Shown: piece after piece, positions 1 to 8,940 of the stretch | How positions within the stretch are numbered: the first letter of the stretch is position 1 | How the letters are laid out: each line of letters starts with the position of its first letter | Notes under the pieces: model-generated | What the model was told of the DNA's origin: nothing | Seen by the model: the letters and a program-made list of their open reading frames with translations, nothing else | Database searches by the model: none | Made by a program: the position numbers and the translations under genes | Assembly: GCA_964566925.1 (NCBI GenBank) | Contig: CAZMIZ010000001.1 | Coordinates: 135,248-199,247 of the forward strand | Length of the DNA: 64,000 nucleotides | Direction: 5' to 3' | Origin: an uncultured Gammaproteobacteria bacterium | GTDB lineage: Bacteria > Patescibacteriota > Microgenomatia > PFEM01 > DATLAM01

Positions 1-2125
1 CAGCTAATCTCTTTTTTGGCTTCCCGATCACTTTTTCTCCTAAAACCTCAACCACAAACTGGGAAACTTTCTTTTCTCTTTTAGCCTCGCCATAATAATT
101 GGCAGCCGTTAAAAAAAGTTGGTCACAAGCTCGAGTCATCCCGACATAAAAAAGGCGTCTTTCTTCTTGCTCATGATGATCACCGACCGGCAGGATTTCT
201 TTAATTAATTCTTCAGGAAGAGGAATTTGCTCCCGCCTTTCCCGACTCGGAAACCGGGCTGAAACCAAATTAACCAAAAAGACCACGGGGAACTCCAAGC
301 CTTTGGCGGAATGAACAGTTAAAAGATTAACCCTGTTTTCCTCAACCCAATCAATATTACTGGCTAGCGGCGATTCGCCTAAATCCATGGAAAGATTAAT
401 CCAATCAACTACCGCTTGAACCGAAGCATCTTCATGATCAACTTCATAGGTTTTTAACCGATCAAAAAAGGCAGCAATATTCTGGGATCGTTTTTCTTCG
501 GTTGGGGTTTTATATTCGGCTAATTTCTTAAGCAGATCGGTGTCTTCCAGGAAATAATAAAGGATTTGGCCAGCCGTTTCTTTAGGAAGAAGCTTTAAAT
601 GGCGATTAATCATTTTCACCAACCATTTAATTTTTTCTTTAGTCTTTTGAGAAACAAAAATTTGGTCTACTTTTTCGCAGGCTTCAAAAAAAGATAAATT
701 CATTTTCCGAGCATAATTGTTGATCGCCGCCAAATCCCGGGCGGAAAGCGCAAAATGGTCCATCGATAAAACCCGGAAAAGGGCAACATTATCAGAGAAA
801 TCATAAAGAACTTTAAGATAGGCAATTAAATCCTTAACCTCGGCCTGGCGAAAAAGATGGCCTGGGCCTAGAAATTGATAGGGAATCCCGGCTCGAGCCA
901 GGGCCCGGACAAAAGGGTCAGCGTGGTTGTTAGCCCGAACCAAGATGGCGATATCTTTATACTGATAGTCATTACCGGTTAACTGTTTAATCTTCTTAGC
1001 CACGGCTTCGGCTTCATTTTCCACCCGGTCAAGGTGAATAAACTCAATTGGTTTCCCTTTCAACTCTCTAGTTGCCTTGAGTTTTTTTTCAATCTTCTCT
1101 TTAACTTCAAGCCTATCCGGGTTGTTGTTTTGAATCAGTTTATAGGCCTGGTCCAAAATCACCTGGGTAGAGCGATAATTCTTTACTAAAACCACAATCT
1201 TCGCTTGGGGATAATTTTTCCTAAACTGGATAATGTTGGAAATCGCTGCCCCGCGAAAGCGGTAAATTGATTGGTCGTCATCACCGGTAACCGTCAAATT
1301 CGCTTTTTTGCCTGCCTTGCCTGCCTTGTCGGCAGACAGGCCCACCGGCGGGGAAGCCAGGAGCATGGCCAGCTCGTTCTGGGCGTAATTGGTGTCCTGA
1401 AACTCATCTACCAGAACGTATTTAAATTGCTTCTGATATTGACGAAGGATGTTCTTTCGGGAACGAAAAAGCTTTAAAACATTAGAAATCAGATCCCCAA
1501 AATCCATGGCTCCCTCTTTAACCTTGAGCTCTTCGTAGGTTCGATAAGCGCTCGCTAGTTCTGAAGCTTTGCTCGCTTCATCTTTCTCTTCTTTAGTTTT
1601 TGCTTTTTTGACCAGCTTTTGGGCATATTTTAGATATTCTTTAGGGCTAACATCTTCATCCTTTAATCTAGAAAAGTGCTGAAGCATCCCTCTAATAAAC
1701 TTGGTGGGGTTACCCAAGGGGCGAAAATAGGTAAGTTTAAACTTAAAAAGATTTTTAATCAGGAATTGGGTTGTTTCTGCTTCATTCATCAATTTATAGC
1801 CTGGATCAAGGCCAATCTGAATGGCTTCTTGGCGCAGGACTCGGTCGCAAAAGGAATGGAAGGTAGAAATCCACATGTCGGTGTAGCCGTAAGGCATGGC
1901 GATATCAACTCGCTCTTCCATTTCCCGAGCCGCTTTATCAGTGAAGGTTAGGGCCAAAATTTCTGAAGGTTTAGCTTTTTTGGAAGCAACCAGCCATTTA
2001 ATTCGTTCAGTAATAACCGTGGTTTTACCGGTCCCTGCCCCAGCAATAATTAAAAGCGGCCCTTCCCCATGTTCCACCGCCTCTTTTTGCTCTCTGTTTA
2101 GCTTCTTTTCTCCCTGATCAGCCAC
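1..2125 (-). CDS. pcrA: ATP-dependent DNA helicase PcrA/UvrD family (3' end runs off the window)
   Basis: Hand translation from GTG at 2125 gives MADQGEKKLNREQKEAVEHGEGPLLIIAGAGTGKT (Walker A); also VDEFQDTN, GDDDQSIYRFRGA, NYRST and LTVHSAKGLEF. Absent from the ORF track because it is open-ended. Confidence 0.93.
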   Translation of the reverse strand, partial: MADQGEKKLNREQKEAVEHGEGPLLIIAGAGTGKTTVITERIKWLVASKKAKPSEILALTFTDKAAREMEERVDIAMPYGYTDMWISTFHSFCDRVLRQEAIQIGLDPGYKLMNEAETTQFLIKNLFKFKLTYFRPLGNPTKFIRGMLQHFSRLKDEDVSPKEYLKYAQKLVKKAKTKEEKDEASKASELASAYRTYEELKVKEGAMDFGDLISNVLKLFRSRKNILRQYQKQFKYVLVDEFQDTNYAQNELAMLLASPPVGLSADKAGKAGKKANLTVTGDDDQSIYRFRGAAISNIIQFRKNYPQAKIVVLVKNYRSTQVILDQAYKLIQNNNPDRLEVKEKIEKKLKATRELKGKPIEFIHLDRVENEAEAVAKKIKQLTGNDYQYKDIAILVRANNHADPFVRALARAGIPYQFLGPGHLFRQAEVKDLIAYLKVLYDFSDNVALFRVLSMDHFALSARDLAAINNYARKMNLSFFEACEKVDQIFVSQKTKEKIKWLVKMINRHLKLLPKETAGQILYYFLEDTDLLKKLAEYKTPTEEKRSQNIAAFFDRLKTYEVDHEDASVQAVVDWINLSMDLGESPLASNIDWVEENRVNLLTVHSAKGLEFPVVFLVNLVSARFPSRERREQIPLPEELIKEILPVGDHHEQEERRLFYVGMTRACDQLFLTAANYYGEAKREKKVSQFVVEVLGEKVIGKPKKRLA
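1310..1353. repeat. REP-like palindromic micro-insertion inside pcrA with a 9-bp duplication
   Basis: GCCTGCCTT GCCTGCCTT GTCGGCAGACAGGC; imperfect hairpin, read in frame as SPPVGLSADKAGKA. Confidence 0.65.
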
Positions 2126-2153
2126 AAATTTATTATAGTCTATCTTTAGGCAT

Positions 2154-2177
2154 AAAAAAAGCGCCAAACCAGGCGCT
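2154..2177 (-). terminator. Rho-independent terminator after the 2209-2676 gene
   Basis: AGCGCC-AAACCA-GGCGCT stem-loop with A7 on + (U-tract on -). Confidence 0.6.
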
Positions 2178-2208
2178 GTTAAATTAAAAAGCTGGCAGAA
2201 GCCTAGAT

Positions 2209-2676
2209 TTATAAACCCTCTTTTTCTGCCCGTTCCTCGTAAGCCTCTGTATATGCTTGTAGTAACCTATCCATAGCCTCCCCTCTTTTAGAGGGCGATG
2301 TCGATATTCGATCAGCAGCTTCCTGTAATCCATGGAGGGCTCCTAATTGAGACCGGAATTCATCAACTGGCAATTCTTCAATCATTTCTATGAAACGGTC
2401 TTTAGCTGCCAAAATTTCTTTTTCAAGCTTCTCGGCTTCTAATCCGCTCCGTCGAATTGCTAGGTGAACAAAATGAATAAACCCTCCAGCCACTAAAACT
2501 GCCGTTGGCGAAACAATAGCTTTCTCTGGACCTAATACGGCTACGGCATGAATTCCCACTCCCCAAGCACCAAACAACACGACAGCGGCTGTAAGCTTTT
2601 GGCGCTTTTGAACCTCTGGTAGACTTAGGCTATCCAGAAAAACATCGCGAGCGAATCTTTCTTTTAATCTTCCCAT
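2209..2676 (-). CDS. hypothetical membrane protein (2 TM plus helical C-terminus)
   Basis: 155 aa ORF with two hydrophobic segments; TTGACA/TAGAAT promoter upstream on -. Confidence 0.6.
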   Translation of the reverse strand: MGRLKERFARDVFLDSLSLPEVQKRQKLTAAVVLFGAWGVGIHAVAVLGPEKAIVSPTAVLVAGGFIHFVHLAIRRSGLEAEKLEKEILAAKDRFIEMIEELPVDEFRSQLGALHGLQEAADRISTSPSKRGEAMDRLLQAYTEAYEERAEKEGL

Positions 2677-2755
2677 TATTTTAAAAACTGCCTCTTTTAA
2701 CCACGTTTGACGCGGAGGCAGTTAAGCTGATTCTACCCTTCAATTAATTAGATTG

Positions 2756-3736
2756 TCAACTTTCCTTTATTTTTAGTTGTTTTCCCTCTTCTTTTGTCCC
2801 TTCACCCAGCGCCTGGGTAGAAGAAAGTTTTTGGCCGAGAAGGGTAAAGCCAGAAAGGACATTACTCATCTGGTTATAAGCGTTCTGGATGTGTTTACCA
2901 AGAACCGAAAGATTGTCCTCAACCTTGTTATAGTCTTTTTGAACCGCCCGAATCGCCGCCAAAATTTGCCGGGCTTTGGCCTCAATCTTTTGGCCTTCAA
3001 AACTCATCAAAATCGCCCGTAAATAGGCATAAAAAGTCATTGGCGAAACTGGGAGAACCCGTTTTTTGGCAGCGTAATCAAAAAGGGTGCTATTATTAAC
3101 GACCTCATAATAAACTGCCTCGCTGGGCAGATACATCAGGGCGTAATCAATCGTCCCCTCCTCGGTTAGAATATATTTAGCAGAAATAGCATCAATATGC
3201 CGCTTAACGTCTTTAACAAATTCTCTTTCGGCTGCCTTTTTCTCGGCGTCAGTTTTGGCTCCCATCATTTTCCGGAAGTTTTCCATCGGAAATTTAGCGT
3301 CAACTGGAATCATCCCGGCAGCGGTTTTAATGGCGGCGTCAACTTTAGCCCCAGATTTAAAGGAATACTGAAGATTAAAAGATTGTTTGGGAAGCATCTG
3401 GCCCAGCAATTCTTTTAGAACCTGCTCGCCAACATTGCCTCGCAGTTTTGGGCTCCTTAAAAACTCTTGAAGGTCCTTCATGCCCCGACCAATTTCGGAC
3501 ATCTCGCCAATGCTTTTCTGAACACCAGCAATTACTTGGGCCGCTCGATCAAGCCGCTCATTAATCGCTTTAGAGGTTGCCTGACTATCTTTTTGTTGAC
3601 TTTTAAGCCACTCCATTAGGGTAGCGTCTGGCTTAGTTTTTTCAGCAATCTCAGAAAGTTTTTTATTGATTAAAAAAACAGCTAGAGCCAAAGCTCCAAT
3701 AATTAAAGCAGTCAGAAGATAAAATTCGTTTGGCAT
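2756..3736 (-). CDS. rmuC: DNA recombination protein RmuC
   Basis: N-terminal TM plus coiled coil; RGNVGE, PVDAKFP, YLPSEAVY, PVSPMT motifs. Confidence 0.9.
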   Translation of the reverse strand: MPNEFYLLTALIIGALALAVFLINKKLSEIAEKTKPDATLMEWLKSQQKDSQATSKAINERLDRAAQVIAGVQKSIGEMSEIGRGMKDLQEFLRSPKLRGNVGEQVLKELLGQMLPKQSFNLQYSFKSGAKVDAAIKTAAGMIPVDAKFPMENFRKMMGAKTDAEKKAAEREFVKDVKRHIDAISAKYILTEEGTIDYALMYLPSEAVYYEVVNNSTLFDYAAKKRVLPVSPMTFYAYLRAILMSFEGQKIEAKARQILAAIRAVQKDYNKVEDNLSVLGKHIQNAYNQMSNVLSGFTLLGQKLSSTQALGEGTKEEGKQLKIKES

Positions 3737-3737
3737 T

Positions 3738-3772
3738 GATATTGGGTACTAGATATTGGATACTAGATATCA
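3738..3772. repeat. 7-bp-period array upstream of rmuC
   Basis: GATATTG GGTACTA GATATTG GATACTA GATATCA. Confidence 0.75.
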
Positions 3773-3800
3773 AGCAGATTATAACACAGCCTGTTTCCGC

Positions 3801-4127
3801 ATGAAACAAAAATTACGGCTGAAAAAACGAAGAAATTTCTTTCCTACTTTGCTCTTAGCGTTTCTTTTCTGGCTACTGTGGGGAGGGCTGGTTTACTATT
3901 GGGCACCAATTAATGAGATTATTCTGATTACTTTCTTCTTCCTTTTATTTATGGCCTCCTTTTTCACTCTAGCCTTACTTTTGGCTAACAGTCGTCAAGG
4001 GCTAATCGCGGCCATCGGGACAACCTGTTTCTTCCTCCTCCGCTACCATCAGCTGGGTAATCCTCTTAATATTATTCTCCTGGTGGGCATCTTGATTTCC
4101 TTAAATCTTTATCTAACCAAGCGTTAG
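3801..4127 (+). CDS. small integral membrane protein (about 4 TM)
   Basis: Basic N-terminus then four hydrophobic segments; ATG 3801 preferred over TTG 3756. Confidence 0.7.
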   Translation: MKQKLRLKKRRNFFPTLLLAFLFWLLWGGLVYYWAPINEIILITFFFLLFMASFFTLALLLANSRQGLIAAIGTTCFFLLRYHQLGNPLNIILLVGILISLNLYLTKR

Positions 4128-4156
4128 TTGACAAGCAGAAAGGTTTATGTTATTAC
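4128..4156 (+). promoter_or_regulatory. sigma70-type promoter for the TrpR-like gene
   Basis: TTGACA-17 nt-TATTAC with extended TG. Confidence 0.55.
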
Positions 4157-4214
4157 TTTAATTAATCAAAGCGCTGCCCACTTTGCTGCCTAGCGAAGCG
4201 GGCTTTTTAAATTC

Positions 4215-4571
4215 ATGCAGGTTTCTAAAAAGAAAATCAATCCCAAAATCGAAAAACAAATTTTTGGCCTCTTTTTCCAGGCAATTAATGATCTCAAGAA
4301 CCCTCAAGAGGTTAAGGAGTTCCTAGAAGCCATTTTGACCAAAACTGAGCTTGAAGCGATTGTCAAGCGGTTAGCCGTAGCCCATTATCTGGAAAAAGGG
4401 AGAACTTACGAGAATATTAAAAAGTCTTTGGCTGTTTCCAGCGCCACCATTGCCGCTGTTCAAGAGCAACTAGGTAAGGGCAAAGGCTTCGATCTTGCTT
4501 TGGAAAAAATCCGCGCCGAAGAATGGGCTGACAAATGGGCAAAAAAAATTAGCCAGTTGGTAAAAAGATAA
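4215..4571 (+). CDS. TrpR-like (YerC/YecD) helix-turn-helix protein
   Basis: FLEAILTKTE...KRLAVAHYLEKGRTYENIKKSLAVSSATIA matches the YerC/TrpR HTH pattern. Confidence 0.82.
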   Translation: MQVSKKKINPKIEKQIFGLFFQAINDLKNPQEVKEFLEAILTKTELEAIVKRLAVAHYLEKGRTYENIKKSLAVSSATIAAVQEQLGKGKGFDLALEKIRAEEWADKWAKKISQLVKR

Positions 4572-4685
4572 CTTCTTCTGTTTTTACTTTCAGTTTCAGG
4601 CTAAATCGGGTATAATAAGAACCATCCGCCTTTGGCGGAGAACCTTGTTTCTCCTCGCCAGTGGGCGAGTCGAAACAACTGAAGT

Positions 4686-6122
4686 ATGGCCAAAAAATAC
4701 TTTATTACCACCACCACCCCATACGTTAATGCTGATCCCCATATCGGCTTTGCATTGGAGATCATTCAAGCCGATGTTTTGGCAAGGCATCACCGCCTCC
4801 TAGGTGAAGATGTTTTTTTTAATACCGGCACTGACGAACACGGTCTAAAAATCTATCGAAGGGCGGTTGAGGAAGGAAAAGAGCCGCAAAAATATGTTGA
4901 TGAATATGCCAAAAAATTTGATGATCTTAAAAAGGCTCTAAACCTAAGCTATAACAACTTTATTAGAACCACTGACCGGCACCATGTGGAGGCAGCCAAA
5001 GAATTCTGGCAAAGGTGCTTTAAGAATGGTGATATCTACAAAGACAAGCAAAAGATTAAATACTGCGTTGGCTGTGAATTGGAAAAAACAGAATCCGAAC
5101 TGGTAAACAACGTCTGTCCAATCCATCCCAATAAAAAATTAGAAATCATTGAGGAAGAAAACTATTTTTTTCGCTTCTCAAAATACCAAAAACCCCTTCT
5201 AGATCTTTACCAGAAAAATCCTGAGTTTGTGGTTCCTTCGACCAAGCTAAAAGAGATAAAAAGCTTCGTTTCCCGAGGCCTAAAAGATTTTAGCATTTCC
5301 AGGTTAAAGACCAAGCTACCATGGGGCGTTCCGGTTCCCGACGATCCGAACCACGTAATGTATGTTTGGTTTGATGCTTTAATTAATTATATTTCTGCTA
5401 TTGGCTGGCCCAAAAACGAAAAAGAATTTCGAAAATGGTGGCCTGGAGTTCAGGTCGCTGGAAAAGACAACCTACGGCAACAGTCAGCCATGTGGCAAGC
5501 AATGCTCATGTCCGCAGGATTACCTAATTCAAAACAAATATTTATCCATGGTTTTATCACCTCTAATGGACAGAAAATGAGTAAAAGCCTGGGTAACGTG
5601 ATTGATCCTTTTGAGGTGGTTAAAAAATACGGCACCGATCCTGTCCGCTATTATCTTTTACGCGAAATTCCTGCTTACCGAGGCGGTGATTTTTCAGTTC
5701 AGCGATTTAAAGAAATCTACAATGCAGATCTTGCCAACGGTTTAGGCAATTTAGTCGCTCGAGTGGCCAAACTGTGCGAAAAATCAGGCTTTGATTTCGA
5801 GGCGATAACGCCTAAAATTCTAAAAACCAATCGGGTTTCTAAGTACCTCGATGAGTTTAAATTTGATAGAGCACTAAGGTGGCTCTGGAGCGATGTAAAA
5901 TGGGGGTTAAGGTGGTTAGACCGAAGAATAAATGATGAGAAGCCATGGGAAATCAAGGATGAAAAACTCCTGGAACTCCGGTTAAATCTATATGTCTTAA
6001 ATATCCGAAAAATTGCCGAACTACTTAAACCTTTCCTTCCAGAAACATCGGAAAAAATCGAAAAACAATTTGTTGGGCCAAAAATCAAGGCCGAGAAGCC
6101 CTTGTTCCCCAGACTGAAATAA
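4686..6122 (+). CDS. metG: methionine--tRNA ligase (short form, no C-terminal tRNA-binding domain)
   Basis: PYVNADPHIGF (HIGH-like), GTDEHG, YVWFDAL, KMSKS. Confidence 0.95.
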   Translation: MAKKYFITTTTPYVNADPHIGFALEIIQADVLARHHRLLGEDVFFNTGTDEHGLKIYRRAVEEGKEPQKYVDEYAKKFDDLKKALNLSYNNFIRTTDRHHVEAAKEFWQRCFKNGDIYKDKQKIKYCVGCELEKTESELVNNVCPIHPNKKLEIIEEENYFFRFSKYQKPLLDLYQKNPEFVVPSTKLKEIKSFVSRGLKDFSISRLKTKLPWGVPVPDDPNHVMYVWFDALINYISAIGWPKNEKEFRKWWPGVQVAGKDNLRQQSAMWQAMLMSAGLPNSKQIFIHGFITSNGQKMSKSLGNVIDPFEVVKKYGTDPVRYYLLREIPAYRGGDFSVQRFKEIYNADLANGLGNLVARVAKLCEKSGFDFEAITPKILKTNRVSKYLDEFKFDRALRWLWSDVKWGLRWLDRRINDEKPWEIKDEKLLELRLNLYVLNIRKIAELLKPFLPETSEKIEKQFVGPKIKAEKPLFPRLK

Positions 6123-6123
6123 G

Positions 6124-7608
6124 ATGCGCAATTTTATTCTTAAACACGAAAAAAAGATTCATCGTTTCCTGGAAATTCTGCCAGGGACCGTTTCCTGGAG
6201 CCTGATTTTGTTCTTTTTAGTTGGGGGTTTTATTATCCCGGTCACCATTGCCTACATTGTCCTGATCTTCGATGTCTTCTGGGTCTATAAATCCATTACC
6301 ATTGCCTTTATGGCGGTGGTTTCTTATCTGCGAATCAAAGCCTCGGAGAAAATGGATTGGCTGGGAGAGGTAAAATTCTTCCCAGAATGGAAAAAGATTC
6401 ATCACGTCGTTATTGTTCTCACTTACAAAGAGCCGCTTCATACTCTAGAGCGAACCCTAACTGCCATCGCCAATCAAGATTTCCCTTTAAAGCAGATCAG
6501 TGTCGTTTTGGCCACTGAAGATCGAGACAAAGAGGCTCCAGCCAAAGCCAGGGCTTTAAGAGAAAAGTTTGGTAAACAATTCGGCCATTTTTTCGTTACC
6601 CGCCATGTTTTAAAAAAAGGCGAAGTCGCCGGTAAATCTTCTAACGAACGCCATGCCGGCATTTGGGTTGAGAAAAAACTAGTCAATGAAAAAGGCTACA
6701 ACCTTAATTTTATGACCGTTACTAGCTGTGACGCCGACCATGTTTATCACCCGAAGCACTTTTCCTATCTCACTTATAAGTTTTTAGATAGCCCTCACCG
6801 CTATGAACGTTTTTGGCAACCAGCAGTGATGTTTTACAACAATTTTTGGAACCTACCGGCGCTAACCCGGGTCGCCAACACCTTTGCCACCATTTGGAAT
6901 ACGGCTCTTTTAGTGCGCACCGACCGCTTAATTAGCTGTCAAAATTATTCTGCCTCTTTTAAGATGATTCACGAGGCTGGCTATTGGGATCCAGATGTCA
7001 TCCCCGAAGACTACCGGATCTTTTTTAAGTGTTTTTATAAAACCGGCGGTAAGGTCGAAGTAGAACCGATTTATCTCCCCCTTCATGCTGACGCCGCCGA
7101 ATCAACCGGCACCTGGAAAACCCTGGTTAACCAATATGAACAATTCAAGCGTTGGGCCTGGGGGATTTCTGATGACCCCTATATCATTAAGCATTATTTT
7201 CTTTCACCTTATATTTCCTTTTGGAATAAAACCATCCGCATCTTAAGGATCGTTGAAGATCATTTTCTTTGGCCAGTCAACTGGTTTTTCATTACTTTGG
7301 GAGTGACCATTCCTTCAATTCTAAACCCTAATTTCTCTAGAACGGTAATTGGCTATACTTTGCCCCGAATGTCCTCTTTGATTTTAACTTTCTGTTTACT
7401 CTTTTTGGCGGTGATTCTGATTGTTGATGCCAAACAGCGGCCACCAAGACCCAAGCATGTTCCCAGATGGCGGGCCGCTTTAATTCCTTTAGAATTTATC
7501 CTGATGCCTGTGGCGGGCTTTTTATTCACCGCTCTGCCGGGCCTTGATGCCCATACCAGGTTGATGTTGGGCAAATACCTGGAATATCGAGTCACCGAAA
7601 AAGTTTAG
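6124..7608 (+). CDS. membrane GT2 glycosyltransferase (processive, cellulose-synthase-like)
   Basis: DAD, PED and QFKRW (D,D,D,QxxRW) with flanking TM helices. Confidence 0.85.
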   Translation: MRNFILKHEKKIHRFLEILPGTVSWSLILFFLVGGFIIPVTIAYIVLIFDVFWVYKSITIAFMAVVSYLRIKASEKMDWLGEVKFFPEWKKIHHVVIVLTYKEPLHTLERTLTAIANQDFPLKQISVVLATEDRDKEAPAKARALREKFGKQFGHFFVTRHVLKKGEVAGKSSNERHAGIWVEKKLVNEKGYNLNFMTVTSCDADHVYHPKHFSYLTYKFLDSPHRYERFWQPAVMFYNNFWNLPALTRVANTFATIWNTALLVRTDRLISCQNYSASFKMIHEAGYWDPDVIPEDYRIFFKCFYKTGGKVEVEPIYLPLHADAAESTGTWKTLVNQYEQFKRWAWGISDDPYIIKHYFLSPYISFWNKTIRILRIVEDHFLWPVNWFFITLGVTIPSILNPNFSRTVIGYTLPRMSSLILTFCLLFLAVILIVDAKQRPPRPKHVPRWRAALIPLEFILMPVAGFLFTALPGLDAHTRLMLGKYLEYRVTEKV

Positions 7609-7647
7609 GCTTGCTTAAAATAACCCCTCTTGATAAAGTAAAAATAG

Positions 7648-8940
7648 ATGAATCAATTTACGGTCAGCCTTTGGGGTGATGAGGCCTGGGCAGCCACTTT
7701 AGCGGTTAAGCCAATTGTCGATATCGTTCGGATTGTGGCTCGAGACACTTCGCCACCCCTATACTACCTTTGCCTTCACGCCTGGATGAAGTTTTTCGGT
7801 ACTTCGGAGGTGGCTATCCGCAGTCTCTCTTTCCTTTTCTTTTTAGGCACGGCAATTACCGCCTTCTTGATCGCCAAACATCTTTGGGACAAAAAAACAG
7901 CCCTTTTGGCTGCCTTTTTAACTTTTACTAATCCCTTTCTTTTTATCTATGCTTTTGAAGGCCGGATGTATGCCATCCTAGCCTTGACTTCCACCCTCTC
8001 TCTTTATTTTTTTCTTAAAAAGAATCGGCCTGGTTTTATCCTGGCCACTACAGCCGCTCTTTACAGCCATCATTTCTCAATTTTTGTGGTTATCTGGGAA
8101 GTAATCTGGATCCTGATGGAAAACTGGGGCCAGCCGGTTAAAAAAATTATTAAAAGCCTTGCTGATTTTTTCATTATTGGCCTTCTCTATCTTCCCTGGC
8201 TTTATCCTCTTTATTACCAAACTTCGCTTGTTGGCAGTGGTTTTTGGCTAGGGAAACCAACCATCTCAGTTCTCATAGGCACTATCCGAAAATTCTTGGT
8301 TGGACCAGAAGAAGAAATTAATCGCTATTTAGCTTATTTTTCGATTATTGCCGTTTTGATCTTAAGACAATGGTTAAAAGACAAAAAGAATTCTACCTTT
8401 CTTATTGGTTGGTTTTTAACTCCCCTCGCTTTAACCTTCTTAATTTCTCAGTTTTTCCAGCCCATCTTTTATGACCGCTACATGCTGATGGCCATTCCCG
8501 CCAGCTCGCTCCTAATTGCCTCTTTGAGAAGAAAACCCTCTGTCATCTTTATTATTTTGATCATCTTTCTATTAGGCTTCGTTGATTTCCAATACTTCAA
8601 TCATCCTACCAAAAGGCCTTTCCGGGAGTTGGCTAGTTTTATCAAGGCCGAAGCCCCAGATTTAACTTTGATCAACTACAATGCTGCCGCCCATCATCTT
8701 TGGGAAAGTAAATATTATGGTCTTGAGGCGCCAATTTACGCACCCGAACCCCTCCCCTTTTACACAGGGATTGCCTTAATGGAAGAGGGCGACGTGATTG
8801 AAAAGCTTCCTGATGAAGAAAAAATTGGCGCCATTAGTAGCGCTCCACCTAACGAAGTTCAAATCACCGGATTGGAGATTGAAAAGAGTAAACAATTCGA
8901 AAGTCTTTGGTTTTTATGGCTAAAAAGGAAAACAATCTAA
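7648..8940 (+). CDS. GT-C fold (PMT/ArnT-like) membrane glycosyltransferase
   Basis: SLWGDE, DTSPPLYY and EGRMY motifs; multiple TMs. Confidence 0.8.
   Translation: MNQFTVSLWGDEAWAATLAVKPIVDIVRIVARDTSPPLYYLCLHAWMKFFGTSEVAIRSLSFLFFLGTAITAFLIAKHLWDKKTALLAAFLTFTNPFLFIYAFEGRMYAILALTSTLSLYFFLKKNRPGFILATTAALYSHHFSIFVVIWEVIWILMENWGQPVKKIIKSLADFFIIGLLYLPWLYPLYYQTSLVGSGFWLGKPTISVLIGTIRKFLVGPEEEINRYLAYFSIIAVLILRQWLKDKKNSTFLIGWFLTPLALTFLISQFFQPIFYDRYMLMAIPASSLLIASLRRKPSVIFIILIIFLLGFVDFQYFNHPTKRPFRELASFIKAEAPDLTLINYNAAAHHLWESKYYGLEAPIYAPEPLPFYTGIALMEEGDVIEKLPDEEKIGAISSAPPNEVQITGLEIEKSKQFESLWFLWLKRKTI

Noticed and set aside
1271-2117. Three + strand ORFs
   Set aside because: Antisense shadows of pcrA; the same applies to the many short ORFs nested in metG, groEL, valS, dnaA and the T4SS genes.
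4611-4685. T-box or known SAM riboswitch upstream of metG
   Set aside because: The leader is only about 65 nt and lacks the T-box UGGNACC bulge and recognisable SAM-I/III motifs.
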